From NCBI GenBank assembly GCA_044358815.1, contig JBIKNH010000012.1, positions 1 through 38,182 of the forward strand: a DNA stretch of 38,182 bases, given 5' to 3'. Positions 27,539 to 36,980 of the stretch are shown here, piece by piece. Each line of letters opens with the position of its first letter. Positions within the stretch are counted from its first letter, which is position 1. A program made the position numbers and the translations under genes. The stretch comes from Pseudanabaenaceae cyanobacterium (GTDB taxonomy: Bacteria; Cyanobacteriota; Cyanobacteriia; Pseudanabaenales; Pseudanabaenaceae). The notes beneath the pieces were generated by a model, which saw only the letters and a list, made by a program, of their open reading frames with translations, was not told the DNA's origin and did not search any database.

Positions 27539-28582
27539 ATGAAATTTCATCAATTAGGACATACTGATCTACGGGTTTCGGAACTTTGCCTGGGTACTAT
27601 GACCTATGGACAGCAAAACACCGAAGCCGAAGCCCATGAGCAATTAGATTATGCTATAGCGCAGGGGATTAATTTCATTGATACGGCGGAAATGTATCCT
27701 GTGCCATCCCGTGCCGAAACCCAAGGTAAAACAGAAGCTTATATAGGTTCTTGGCTTAAGAAACAACCGAGGGATCAGCTTGTGATTGCGACCAAAATTA
27801 TTGGTTCAGGACGGAATTTCCCTTGGTTGCGGGACAGTCAAAAACCGGCGCTGAGTCCTGCTAATATTCGCCAAGCCGTAGATGATAGCCTGAAACGGTT
27901 GCAAACTGACTACATCGACTTATATCAAATCCATTGGCCAGATCGTTATGTGCCCTTGTTTGGTCAGCCCAATTATGATCCAGCTAATGAACGAGAATTT
28001 ATTCCATTACAGGAACAGTTGGTAACTTTCGGTGAGTTGGTGGCTGAGGGCAAGATTCGTTATTTAGGCGTTAGTAACGAAACCCCTTGGGGCGTGTGTA
28101 ATTTCCTCCAATTAGCGAAGTTGCATAACCTGCCCCTGATTATTTCAATTCAGAATGCCTATAATTTGCTCAATCGAGTTTTTGAATTTGGCTTATCGGA
28201 AGTGAGCTATCGGGAACAGATTGGTTTACTGGCTTACAGTCCCCTGGCTTTTGGATTGCTCACGGGCAAATATATCAATGATTCACCGCCTCCAGGCTCA
28301 CGGTTGGCACAGTTCCCGAATTTTGGGCAGCGTTACAATAAACCCAATGTGGAACTTGCAGTAATTGAATATTGCGCCTTAGCCCATCGTCATGCCATTA
28401 GTCCCACCCATCTAGCGCTGGGGTTTGTGCGTTCCCGCTGGTTTGTGAAAAGTACGATTATTGGTGCGACAACTTTGGAACAATTATCAGAAAACATTCG
28501 CAGTATTGAAACTGAGTTACCCGAAGAAATCTTTAAAGAGATTGAATCAATTCATAGTCGTTACAGTAATCCTGCGCCCTAG
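27539..28582 (+). CDS. NADP(H)-dependent aldo-keto reductase (Tas/AKR family)
   Basis: The N-terminus LGHTDLRVSELCLGTMTYG is typical of Tas-like AKRs. FIDTAEMYP; IHWPDR; 347 aa. Confidence 0.85.
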   Translation: MKFHQLGHTDLRVSELCLGTMTYGQQNTEAEAHEQLDYAIAQGINFIDTAEMYPVPSRAETQGKTEAYIGSWLKKQPRDQLVIATKIIGSGRNFPWLRDSQKPALSPANIRQAVDDSLKRLQTDYIDLYQIHWPDRYVPLFGQPNYDPANEREFIPLQEQLVTFGELVAEGKIRYLGVSNETPWGVCNFLQLAKLHNLPLIISIQNAYNLLNRVFEFGLSEVSYREQIGLLAYSPLAFGLLTGKYINDSPPPGSRLAQFPNFGQRYNKPNVELAVIEYCALAHRHAISPTHLALGFVRSRWFVKSTIIGATTLEQLSENIRSIETELPEEIFKEIESIHSRYSNPAP

Positions 28583-28607
28583 TTTCCACAATTTGACTAA
28601 TTACGAT

Positions 28608-28645
28608 AAATCCCCCCTTTGTTTAAGATAACGTACGGGGGGATT
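28608..28645. terminator. bidirectional hairpin between the convergent AKR and ridA genes
   Basis: aaatcccccc (28608-28617) pairs with ggggggatt (28637-28645), giving a 9-bp G/C-rich stem around a ~19-nt loop. Confidence 0.5.
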
Positions 28646-28708
28646 AGACATCTCAAATGCAGGGGAGGCAATGAGTCGAGGCAGTGCAAAACACTAATCT
28701 AGAAATGA

Positions 28709-29119
28709 CTAATCTAGAGCCGCAGTGCATTCAATTTCCACCAAAGCATCAAGGGGCAACCGCGCTACTTGAATTGTAGAACGGGCAGGGGCAGGATCGA
28801 GAAAATACTTGCTGTAAACCCCATTCATGGTAGGGAAATCAGCCATATTTGCTAAAAATACCGTAGTTTTAACCACATGGCTCAAATCAGCCCCAGCCGC
28901 TGCTAAAACCGCTTTAATATTTTGGATCACTTGTTCGGTTTGGGCTTCAACGGTATTAGCTTCAATTTTGCCAGAGGTGGGGTTGATTGCCACTTGACCC
29001 GCCAAGAAAATTAATTTACTCATGGCAGGCACAGCAATGGCTTGATTATACGGACCCACTGGGGTAGGGGCATCGGCGGCACGGATTACTTCTTTGTTAG
29101 ACATTTTGTTAGACACCAT
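28709..29119 (-). CDS. ridA: RidA family reactive enamine/imine deaminase (YjgF/TdcF)
   Basis: APTPVGPYNQAIAV, KTTVFL, and the C-terminal PARSTIQVARLPLDALVEIECTAAL pattern. Two in-frame ATGs (29119 and 29104) are created by a 12-bp tandem duplication (MVSNKMSNK). Confidence 0.85.
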   Translation of the reverse strand: MVSNKMSNKEVIRAADAPTPVGPYNQAIAVPAMSKLIFLAGQVAINPTSGKIEANTVEAQTEQVIQNIKAVLAAAGADLSHVVKTTVFLANMADFPTMNGVYSKYFLDPAPARSTIQVARLPLDALVEIECTAALD

Positions 29120-29395
29120 CAGGGCGAATAATATAACTGGATTAGTGACCGGATTGATGAGCCAGATTGATTGATTTGGTTAGGAGATAATTGGCGAAAT
29201 CCCAGACAACAGTTTAGAGGTTGAGTTAAATTTATTACAACACCATTTATTACAACGGCATTTATCACAGCACCTGATCAACTTAAGCTCCAACCACCCA
29301 AATCTTGACGGTTTCGGCTCAAGCTGCCAATGCAAAGGTTAAACTCAGTAGCCGAAAAGTGATTAAGCAATGAGAGAAATCGCAAAAATGATTTA

Positions 29396-30829
29396 TTGGA
29401 ACTAATCATGGGTATTTTAAACCGCATTTTTCGTGCCCCATCAGCAACTACGCCCCCAAATACGCCCCCAAATACGCCGCCTAGTCAGACGACAATCAAT
29501 GTGCCATCACAAACTGTAGAGCGAACCCCCACTCCATCCGTTGGGTCATATAGAGACACACCGGAACCCATTTCCCCCAAACAACCTAGTACTGAAGGTG
29601 GTCTGGTTGCCCCATCAGCGGCACAATCTGCTATCAGTAATCGCGGCTTGAAAACTAACTACATCGATCAAGCTGTGAGTCAGGCACAGGGGGCGGGACG
29701 TTATCTCTGGAAATGCTGTGTGTGGGGTTTCTTTTTGGTGGGTGTACCCGTGGGGATCGTTGCAGTGGCTAATTTACCCGTCCCTGTATGGCGGCAAACC
29801 GTTGCTCAGTATGCTCCTTTTTTACTAATTCCTACCTATGTCTCATTTGAAAATCGCTTCAAAAGTGCTTATGCTGCCCTCGAAAAAGCTCGGCAGTTAA
29901 TCGAAACTCCCACCAGTCCGACGGATTTTGATTTAGGCGAACAAAACCTCAGCCAAGCTAAACAAGATCTTGATGCCATTCCCATGACATTTAGCCGAGA
30001 TTGGGAGCAATATGGTTATAGTTATCACTGGTGGTATGGCTCATATTTTTCACCCTATGCACTACAAAATGCCCGTGTGCGGGTAGGTAATTTAGAAGCA
30101 AGGTTATCTCAAGAGCGGATGGCTCAAAAGCTCTTACAGGAATCAGAAACCGCTATCAGTCAGGCTAAAAACCAATATCAACAGGCAACAATTCCGGCTC
30201 AAAAGCAAGCGGCACAGATAACTTGGCGTAGTACCATTGCTCAGATGACCCAAATTCCACCTCAAACCTTAGCGGGTCGCACTGCTGCGCAAAAACAAAC
30301 CATAGCCAACCAGGAATTTACCCAAATAGTGGGAGTTCAGGGAAATCGGAATACGGCGGCTATGTTCACAGCGGGAGCCGAGGAATTTGCCAAACGCGCC
30401 AGTGCTGCTGTCACAAAGCCTCCCCATCCCGTGGCACGGTGGGCACAGGCAGAACAGCTATGGATCGAGGCAGTTCGACAACTGGAATCCATTGATCCGA
30501 AAACTCTACATGACAGTCCCGAGACTTACATAGAACTTCAAAAACTAATAGCAACTTACAGGGGTAATTTAGCTGAAGTGCGGCGACGTTTGCAGGAAGA
30601 AAGAACTTCAGTGGAAAAGTTTAATCAGGCTCAACAGGAGTTAAACCAACTGCAAGTGGAACTATCCCCAGATTTACCACTGACCATTGACCGTCGTCAG
30701 GCAGTGGCGCGATTATTAACAATTCGCAGCTATTTGGATCAAGTTTCCAGCGGAACCACCGTCAGTAATAAGTCGGCTCAGATTAAAGCTACTGTGAATG
30801 AAAGGCTCAAGCAATTAAAAGTTTTCTAG
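29396..30829 (+). CDS. hypothetical membrane-anchored protein with a Pro/Thr-rich N-terminus and a long Gln-rich coiled-coil-like C-terminal region
   Basis: 477-aa ORF. TTPPNTPPNTPPSQTT repeat; one TM segment (WKCCVWGFFLVGVPVGIVAVANL). The remainder is Q/A/E-rich and helical-looking. Confidence 0.5.
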   Translation: MELIMGILNRIFRAPSATTPPNTPPNTPPSQTTINVPSQTVERTPTPSVGSYRDTPEPISPKQPSTEGGLVAPSAAQSAISNRGLKTNYIDQAVSQAQGAGRYLWKCCVWGFFLVGVPVGIVAVANLPVPVWRQTVAQYAPFLLIPTYVSFENRFKSAYAALEKARQLIETPTSPTDFDLGEQNLSQAKQDLDAIPMTFSRDWEQYGYSYHWWYGSYFSPYALQNARVRVGNLEARLSQERMAQKLLQESETAISQAKNQYQQATIPAQKQAAQITWRSTIAQMTQIPPQTLAGRTAAQKQTIANQEFTQIVGVQGNRNTAAMFTAGAEEFAKRASAAVTKPPHPVARWAQAEQLWIEAVRQLESIDPKTLHDSPETYIELQKLIATYRGNLAEVRRRLQEERTSVEKFNQAQQELNQLQVELSPDLPLTIDRRQAVARLLTIRSYLDQVSSGTTVSNKSAQIKATVNERLKQLKVF

Positions 30830-31115
30830 AGACTATTCTAGAGAGAGTATTTTTGGGAAAATTCTGCTTAAATTCTCCGGTCAAGTTTCTCTTGGTGAAA
30901 TCCACCACCAGGTTACAAGTAATTTACAGGTAATTCACAAGCAAGTTATCAAACCATCTAAGTTTAGCGAAACCGACTATTGCGCGATAAGAGCCACTAC
31001 TCCCAAGGTCAGATTGATCCGTCCTATTCCCCCAACAGGATCACGATTGATCGCGGCTTTTTGCTACGATTAAGCCAGCATCAATCTATTCACTCAAATC
31101 TAGTTTTCAGCCACC

Positions 31116-31439
31116 ATGTACGAAACCGTAAAAATTATTTGGGCAGTTGTCGGCGTTTGCCTGATGGTATTAGTTTTGCTCCACAGTCCCAAAGGTGATG
31201 GACTAGCCGGTTTTAGTGGTCAAGCGCAATTATTCTCTAGCACCAAAAGCGCCGAAAATACCCTAAATCGCGTCACTTGGTTTCTGGTTGCCGCATTTCT
31301 GACCTTAACGATTTTGCTGGGTATTCGCTTCACTGCACCGGAATCTAATCTCGTCAAACCTGCCCCAGCCCCTCAGACCCAAACCCCAACTAACCAATCA
31401 GGGCAATCTATTCCCCTGAGTTTGCCCGCTGGACAATAG
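31116..31439 (+). CDS. secG: preprotein translocase subunit SecG (with a Pro/Gln-rich C-terminal extension)
   Basis: Two TM helices around the conserved HSPKGDGLAGFSGQAQLF...NRVTWFLVAAF core typical of SecG. The 107 aa exceed the usual ~75 aa. Confidence 0.7.
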   Translation: MYETVKIIWAVVGVCLMVLVLLHSPKGDGLAGFSGQAQLFSSTKSAENTLNRVTWFLVAAFLTLTILLGIRFTAPESNLVKPAPAPQTQTPTNQSGQSIPLSLPAGQ

Positions 31440-31865
31440 CATCATCATAGAGGTTACGATCAATCAGCCTTTTCTTGGTTAGTTGAGCAGTAACATCGGA
31501 GATAGTATCAAGGCGATGCACGGACCAATAGTCAATCTAAAGTTAGCCTGATGAGATTAGTCTGGTTGGTCCATCGACCTGGTTGCCAAAACTGATTGCT
31601 AAAAGTGGTTACCAAAAGTGGTTGCAAATCTAGTCAAGGAAACCAAATAAAACTATCTGTTCTGATGCGTTACCTTTATGCATCATTGGCTCCCTCACAT
31701 GAACCCCATTGACCAGACTAAATTGATAAGTTTGGGGGACGTGGCTTCAATCAAGGGACTATCGAAACCGCCGACCAGAAAAAAGATTTCCGTCTGTAGG
31801 ATTACATCATAGGCTAGTCAACCTTTGCGCCCCTAGTTGTTGTTTTATGACTTTTGTATAACTTT

Positions 31866-31889
31866 TTGTGATTTATATTTATCTCACAA
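31866..31889. promoter_or_regulatory. perfect palindrome TTGTGA-N12-TCACAA about 55 bp upstream of the adaptor gene
   Basis: ttgtgatttatatttatctcacaa read directly. The arm sequence resembles CRP/FNR-family half-sites, but the 12-bp spacer is non-canonical. Confidence 0.25.
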
Positions 31890-31944
31890 AATAACTAACC
31901 TTAAAAAGGAACAAGATTCGATACATTATAACGCAGTATAACTC

Positions 31945-33420
31945 ATGGAAATTCCATTTTTAGGCAATAGTTTGGGCAGTAATTTGAGTAAGCAGGTTGA
32001 GGTTCCTAAACCGATAACTAATACTGATGCACCGGAAATCAAGCCGTCCCCAGTCCCTAGCAGTAATAGGGGGGGCAGTAATCCTTCTGGTAAATCTCCT
32101 AAAGGTGACTTATCGCCAAATCGCAAGCCCAAGATTTTTACCATTGTATTAATATCTGTTTTGGCTGTGGGGGGGATCGCCATAGCGTTTCGGTTCATAA
32201 ATCGTGGCGCAGGTGACAAACTCAATCTAGAGAGTGATACCATTGCCGTCGTTACAGAACAGGTGCCGGTAAAAATTCGTTCTAGTGGTACCATTGTGCC
32301 GATTCAGTCGGTGAACCTTAGCCCGAAACAGTCCGGTAAGTTAATGGAATTGTATGTGGAACAGGGGGTACGAGTTAAGAGAGGACAAATGATTGCTCGG
32401 ATGGACAACAGCAATTTAATTCCACAATTTAACCAAGCCCGCGCCAATGTAGCAGCCTTGGAAGCGAATTTAATTAAACTGCGCAATGGCAACCGTCCTG
32501 AAGAAATTGCCGCTGCTGAAGCCCGTTTAGCCGCTGCCCAAGGTAGATTACAAGCTTCTCAATCTCGTCAAGCTTTAGCCCAGGTGCGTCGGGAGAGATT
32601 TACTCAGTTACAAAACGAAGGGGCAATATCACGGGATCGTCTCGATGAGTCGGTGACCGATGATCGCAATACCCAAGCTGATGTTGTGGCAGCCCAGGCT
32701 AGTGTGGCTGAGGCAGTGCGGAATTTAGAACAGTTGCGAAATGGTCCGCGAGTGGAAGATATTGCGGCGGCTGAGGCACAGTTAGCTCAGGGGATTGCTC
32801 AAGTTGAGAATATCCAAGTGCTTCTGGAAGATACGATTATTCGTGCTCCTTTCGATGGCATTATCACCCAGAAATACAGCAACCCTGGGGCGTTTGTGAC
32901 TCCGACCACTTCAGCCTCTGCCAATAATTCCGCTACTTCTACATCCATTGTGGCAATTGCTAGCGGCTTAGAAGTTTTAGCGAAAGTTCCGGAAACAGAT
33001 ATTCAACAAATTCGACCTAATCAAGAAGTAGAAGTTATAGCGGATGCCTTTCCAGGTAAGACTTTTCGGGGTAAAGTGCGTCTGATTGCTCCCGAAGCCA
33101 TTGTGGAACAGAATGTAACTTCTTTCCAAGTGCGGGTTACTTTAGAAACTGGTGCAGACGTGCTCCAGTCAGGGATGAATATCGATCTGCGCTTTGTGGG
33201 CAAAGTCATTGACAACGCTTTGCTAGTACCAACGGTGGCAATTACAACCCAAGAGGGCAAAACTGGACTGTTAATCCCCGATAGCAACGGTAAACCAGTA
33301 TTTCGTCCTGTGGTGATTGGCACAACCATTGATAATCGTACCCAAGTTCTCAGTGGGGTAGAGTCCGGTGAGCGAGTCTTTATCAAGTCACCAGACCCTA
33401 AACAAGGCGGACGGCGTTAG
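31945..33420 (+). CDS. efflux/secretion periplasmic adaptor subunit (HlyD/DevB-like membrane fusion protein)
   Basis: N-terminal TM anchor; beta-barrel/lipoyl-like segments (VKIRSSGTIVPIQSVNLSPKQSGKLMELYVEQGVRVKRGQMIARMD); long coiled-coil hairpin; C-terminal membrane-proximal domain. Confidence 0.75.
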   Translation: MEIPFLGNSLGSNLSKQVEVPKPITNTDAPEIKPSPVPSSNRGGSNPSGKSPKGDLSPNRKPKIFTIVLISVLAVGGIAIAFRFINRGAGDKLNLESDTIAVVTEQVPVKIRSSGTIVPIQSVNLSPKQSGKLMELYVEQGVRVKRGQMIARMDNSNLIPQFNQARANVAALEANLIKLRNGNRPEEIAAAEARLAAAQGRLQASQSRQALAQVRRERFTQLQNEGAISRDRLDESVTDDRNTQADVVAAQASVAEAVRNLEQLRNGPRVEDIAAAEAQLAQGIAQVENIQVLLEDTIIRAPFDGIITQKYSNPGAFVTPTTSASANNSATSTSIVAIASGLEVLAKVPETDIQQIRPNQEVEVIADAFPGKTFRGKVRLIAPEAIVEQNVTSFQVRVTLETGADVLQSGMNIDLRFVGKVIDNALLVPTVAITTQEGKTGLLIPDSNGKPVFRPVVIGTTIDNRTQVLSGVESGERVFIKSPDPKQGGRR

Positions 33421-33516
33421 ACAGGCTATCAAGTGCGGTAAGTACAATACTTGAAACTAAGAGCGCAACTAGTTTCGATAACCCGCTTTTCAGAACCTAC
33501 TTTTCAGAACTGACGG

Positions 33517-33990
33517 CTAAGAACCATGCTCTTCGAGAAAAGGTGAGGTATTACTGTTAAACAGGTCAATGGCTTGACGGCAGAAATCACGAATTTCCGT
33601 TACTGCTTCCGGTAAAGGAGTGGTATCTCCGGTAAATTCCCAATTGTCAATGGTAGAAAAGCGCCATCTTTGCCCCCGATAATCGTGACCGCTGGCTTCG
33701 ATGCCAATGGCACGGCGTTTGTTTTCTACGGGATCTTGATACAAACGAATCTGACACAAAATACTACGGACTTTCAACATGCGACTTACCCCCGGGAAGT
33801 GAAAGCCCACATCGATGGAGTCAGGATCAAGCCAGTCCATGACATCGGGATGGTTCAACCAAGGCTTGAGGTCAGCCCGAGCCGCAGGATATTTCCCTTT
33901 GAACAGATTCACTGTCGCCGCAATTTTATTGGTGAGGATGAAATCTTTAGCTTGTTCGGCAGCATTCATAAACCTTTTTCTTACTCCCAA
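33517..33990 (-). CDS. hypothetical protein (about 150 aa)
   Basis: ORF with coding-like composition, convergent with the adaptor gene. No recognised motif; the start is uncertain (33990 or 33969). Confidence 0.45.
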   Translation of the reverse strand: MGVRKRFMNAAEQAKDFILTNKIAATVNLFKGKYPAARADLKPWLNHPDVMDWLDPDSIDVGFHFPGVSRMLKVRSILCQIRLYQDPVENKRRAIGIEASGHDYRGQRWRFSTIDNWEFTGDTTPLPEAVTEIRDFCRQAIDLFNSNTSPFLEEHGS

Positions 33991-34789
33991 GGAAATAGAT
34001 TAATAAAATTACATTGACTTACCGTAAAATTTTGTAAAATTTTTGTATATGTCTAGAATTGGGCTGAGAAGCATGACAAGGGGATCACAGTCCTATGGAA
34101 AATGGTCTTTAGCAGGTCTTTAATAGGTTTTCAACGAGGTCTTTAATGGTGATTATTTAATGGCAATTTATTCTATATTGACCAGATAATAGACCGTAAT
34201 CTAAACCATAATCTGGCATTAACTAGGCATTATTCAGGTCAATTATGAGTCAGCGCCGTTTCTTAAATAATTTCTTAACTAAAATTTCTTAACTAAAGGT
34301 TAACTAGTTGATTACCTTAGCAGTGTGACCAAAGCGAGACAGCAAAGCAGATTACAAATTAATAATTATGGTTGTGCTATGGTTGCCGATGCCTTGATGA
34401 AGCTGAGACATAGAGAATTAAGAGCCAACCAATAACCCACAATAACCCAGCAACAAAATAACGCAGTAACAATAAGGGCATAACCTGTTAATTGATCATT
34501 ACAATACGCGGGGTTAATCGATAGATCTATTACAGTAGGTCTATTACAGTGAAACTATCCCTGTAGCCTGTGCCGAAGCTTTCTGTAACTTTTCGTCATG
34601 TTTCGCAATTGATTGACATAATCCGGAATCTAAGTTAGCCAACAATTGCCCATTAACTCTTACCCATAAGCTGTTTAGAATCTACTGTCCGATTTGGCGA
34701 ATATTAAGCCGATCATCATCAAATTGCGATATTTTATAACCCTATTTTTGAACTTTTAACACTTTTCAGAATTTCCCAATTTACTGAGG

Positions 34790-36874
34790 ATGAAGATCAT
34801 GGTTTTTTCTTTTGCACCCCTGCGCCGCGCTCTATGGGGAATTGGTCTGACTATGGCTGTGGTTGGGACTTCTGGGGTGAGCATATCTCAGGAATCTATA
34901 GCAAAAACTGTAGTTAATCCTGCCAAAAAAACAACTAATTCAATAGTTTCTCCTGGTACAGTTTCGCCTAATTCACCCATCCCTAAAGCCGAAGTTTCTA
35001 CGCCAGAGCGCACTATTCAGCTTCAACAATCGGGAGAAATCCCCTTTTTACTATGGCTTTTTGGCGGCACAATTTTGATGTTTGTGTTTTTGCCTCAGTT
35101 AGGCTGGATTATGGGTCTCATTGTAGTCAATGAGAGAGAAGTTGGCATTGTAATTAAGAAGTTCTCATTTAAACAAGGTTTAGCTGCTGGTCATCTGATC
35201 GCCCTCAATGGAGAAGCAGGTTATCAAGCGGATGTTTTGGCTCCTGGGTGGCATTTTGGCTATTTCCCTTGGCAGTATAATGTGAAACGGGAACCAGTAA
35301 TTATCGTGCCCCAAGGGGAAATTGGTCTGGTGGTAGCTAATGATGGGCGTTCTATTCCAGCGGAACGCATTCTTGGCAAAACAGTTCCTTGTGATAACTT
35401 TCAAGATGCTCGTAAGTTTCTGCTCAATGGTGGCGAAAAAGGGCGACAGTTGGGCATTTTGACCGCTGGGACTTATCGAGTCAATAGTGCTCTATTTTCC
35501 GTGATCACTTCGACTAATGCCACTCAATTCGGTATGAAGCCTAGTGAATTACGAATTTATAAAGTTGATCCCGAAAAAGTTGGAATTGTGACCACCCTAG
35601 ATGGGGTTCCTATTTCTGAAGGAGAAATTGCCGGACCGATTATTCCTGATCATGACAACTTCCAAAATGCCCAATCTTTCATCAGTCAAGGGGGACGCAG
35701 AGGCTTACAGGAGCAAGTAGTTCTATCCGGCTCATGGAACTTAAATCCTTGGTTTGCCCAAGTGGAACAAGTACCTATGTCTACAGTTCCCATTGGTTAT
35801 GTAGGGGTAGTGATTTCCTTTGTGGGGGCATCTAACACCGATGTAAGCGGAGAATCTTTCACTCACGGTCACCTAGTAAGTGTGGGTAATAAGGGAGTTT
35901 GGGTTGAGCCGCTATATCCAGGGAAACATCCTCTCAATACTCACATTATGAAAGTGGAACTAGTACCAACCACTAATATAGTTTTGAACTTTTCTGACCG
36001 CACGGAAGAACATGGTTATGATGCGAAGTTGCGCTCTCTAAATGTTCGTTCCATTGATGGTTTTGCATTTCGGTTAGAAGTGGCGCAGATTATTCATGTG
36101 GGGGCATTGGACGCGCCGAAAGTGATTTCACGAGTCGGTTCAATGCAGAATTTAGTAGACCATGTGATGCGTCCTATTGTCGGCAACTATTTCCGGAACT
36201 CTGCCCAAGCCTATACGGTGTTAGATTTTCTGATTGCTCGCAGTGAGCGACAAGTAGAAGCAGCGGACTATATTCGCACTGCTTTACGCGCCTATGATGT
36301 GCAAGCGGTGGATACATTAATCGGGCAAATCGAACCACCAGAAGAGTTAATGCAAACTTTGATTGACCGCAAGATTGCCCAGGAACAGGAAAAGACCTAC
36401 GAGGTACAGCGTCTTGCCCAAACTCAGCGTCAGGAACTAGTTCGGGAAACATCTTTGGCTGACATTCAGCAACAGGTCGTTAAAGCAGAACAGGGTGTTA
36501 AAATTGCAGAATTAGAATCTAATGCCCGAATTAATGCTGCGAATGGTGAAGCGGAAGCCGTTCGTTTAATGGGACAGGCAAAAGCAGAAGCCTATCGTTC
36601 TGGGGTGCAAGCCTTAGGGCCACAGGCTTATACAGCATTACAGTTGATGCAAGTCATTGGCGATCATAATGTGCGGGTGGTTTCTGATGTGTCGGTCAGT
36701 GGCGGTGGTCACGGCAATGGTTTAATGGATGCGTTATTGGGCATGGTAATGGTGGAACAGAAACAACGAGGTTCCGTTACTGCCGCTTTGGGCGCGATGA
36801 CTCAGCCGCCTCGTCCCGAGGATCGTCCGCCATCTCCTCCTAGTGCTCCTAGTGCGAAGGCTCCAAAAGCCTAA
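34790..36874 (+). CDS. flotillin-like SPFH/band-7 family membrane protein
   Basis: N-terminal signal/TM segments, an SPFH-like block beginning NEREVGIVIKKF, then a long Ala/Glu/Gln-rich coiled-coil 'flotillin' region (QEQEKTYEVQRLAQTQRQELVRE ... AEAVRLMGQAKAEAYRSG) and a Pro-rich tail. Confidence 0.7.
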   Translation: MKIMVFSFAPLRRALWGIGLTMAVVGTSGVSISQESIAKTVVNPAKKTTNSIVSPGTVSPNSPIPKAEVSTPERTIQLQQSGEIPFLLWLFGGTILMFVFLPQLGWIMGLIVVNEREVGIVIKKFSFKQGLAAGHLIALNGEAGYQADVLAPGWHFGYFPWQYNVKREPVIIVPQGEIGLVVANDGRSIPAERILGKTVPCDNFQDARKFLLNGGEKGRQLGILTAGTYRVNSALFSVITSTNATQFGMKPSELRIYKVDPEKVGIVTTLDGVPISEGEIAGPIIPDHDNFQNAQSFISQGGRRGLQEQVVLSGSWNLNPWFAQVEQVPMSTVPIGYVGVVISFVGASNTDVSGESFTHGHLVSVGNKGVWVEPLYPGKHPLNTHIMKVELVPTTNIVLNFSDRTEEHGYDAKLRSLNVRSIDGFAFRLEVAQIIHVGALDAPKVISRVGSMQNLVDHVMRPIVGNYFRNSAQAYTVLDFLIARSERQVEAADYIRTALRAYDVQAVDTLIGQIEPPEELMQTLIDRKIAQEQEKTYEVQRLAQTQRQELVRETSLADIQQQVVKAEQGVKIAELESNARINAANGEAEAVRLMGQAKAEAYRSGVQALGPQAYTALQLMQVIGDHNVRVVSDVSVSGGGHGNGLMDALLGMVMVEQKQRGSVTAALGAMTQPPRPEDRPPSPPSAPSAKAPKA

Positions 36875-36935
36875 ATATAGAACAAATTAAAATAGAACAA
36901 ATTAAATTAGAAATAACGAAAGAGAATTTACCGGT

Positions 36936-36980
36936 AGAAAGAGTGAAGTTAAATTCTTTCTACCAGTAGAATTTACTGGA
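36936..36980. terminator. bidirectional hairpin between the convergent flotillin-like and PPOX genes
   Basis: ggtagaaaga (36943-36952) pairs with tctttctacc (36964-36973), a perfect 10-bp stem with an 11-nt loop and an imperfect extension of the stem on both sides. Confidence 0.5.

Noticed and set aside
30980-31198. 72-aa ORF overlapping the secG start
   Set aside because: It is out of frame with, and overlapping, the well-supported SecG coding region, and the translation is low complexity.
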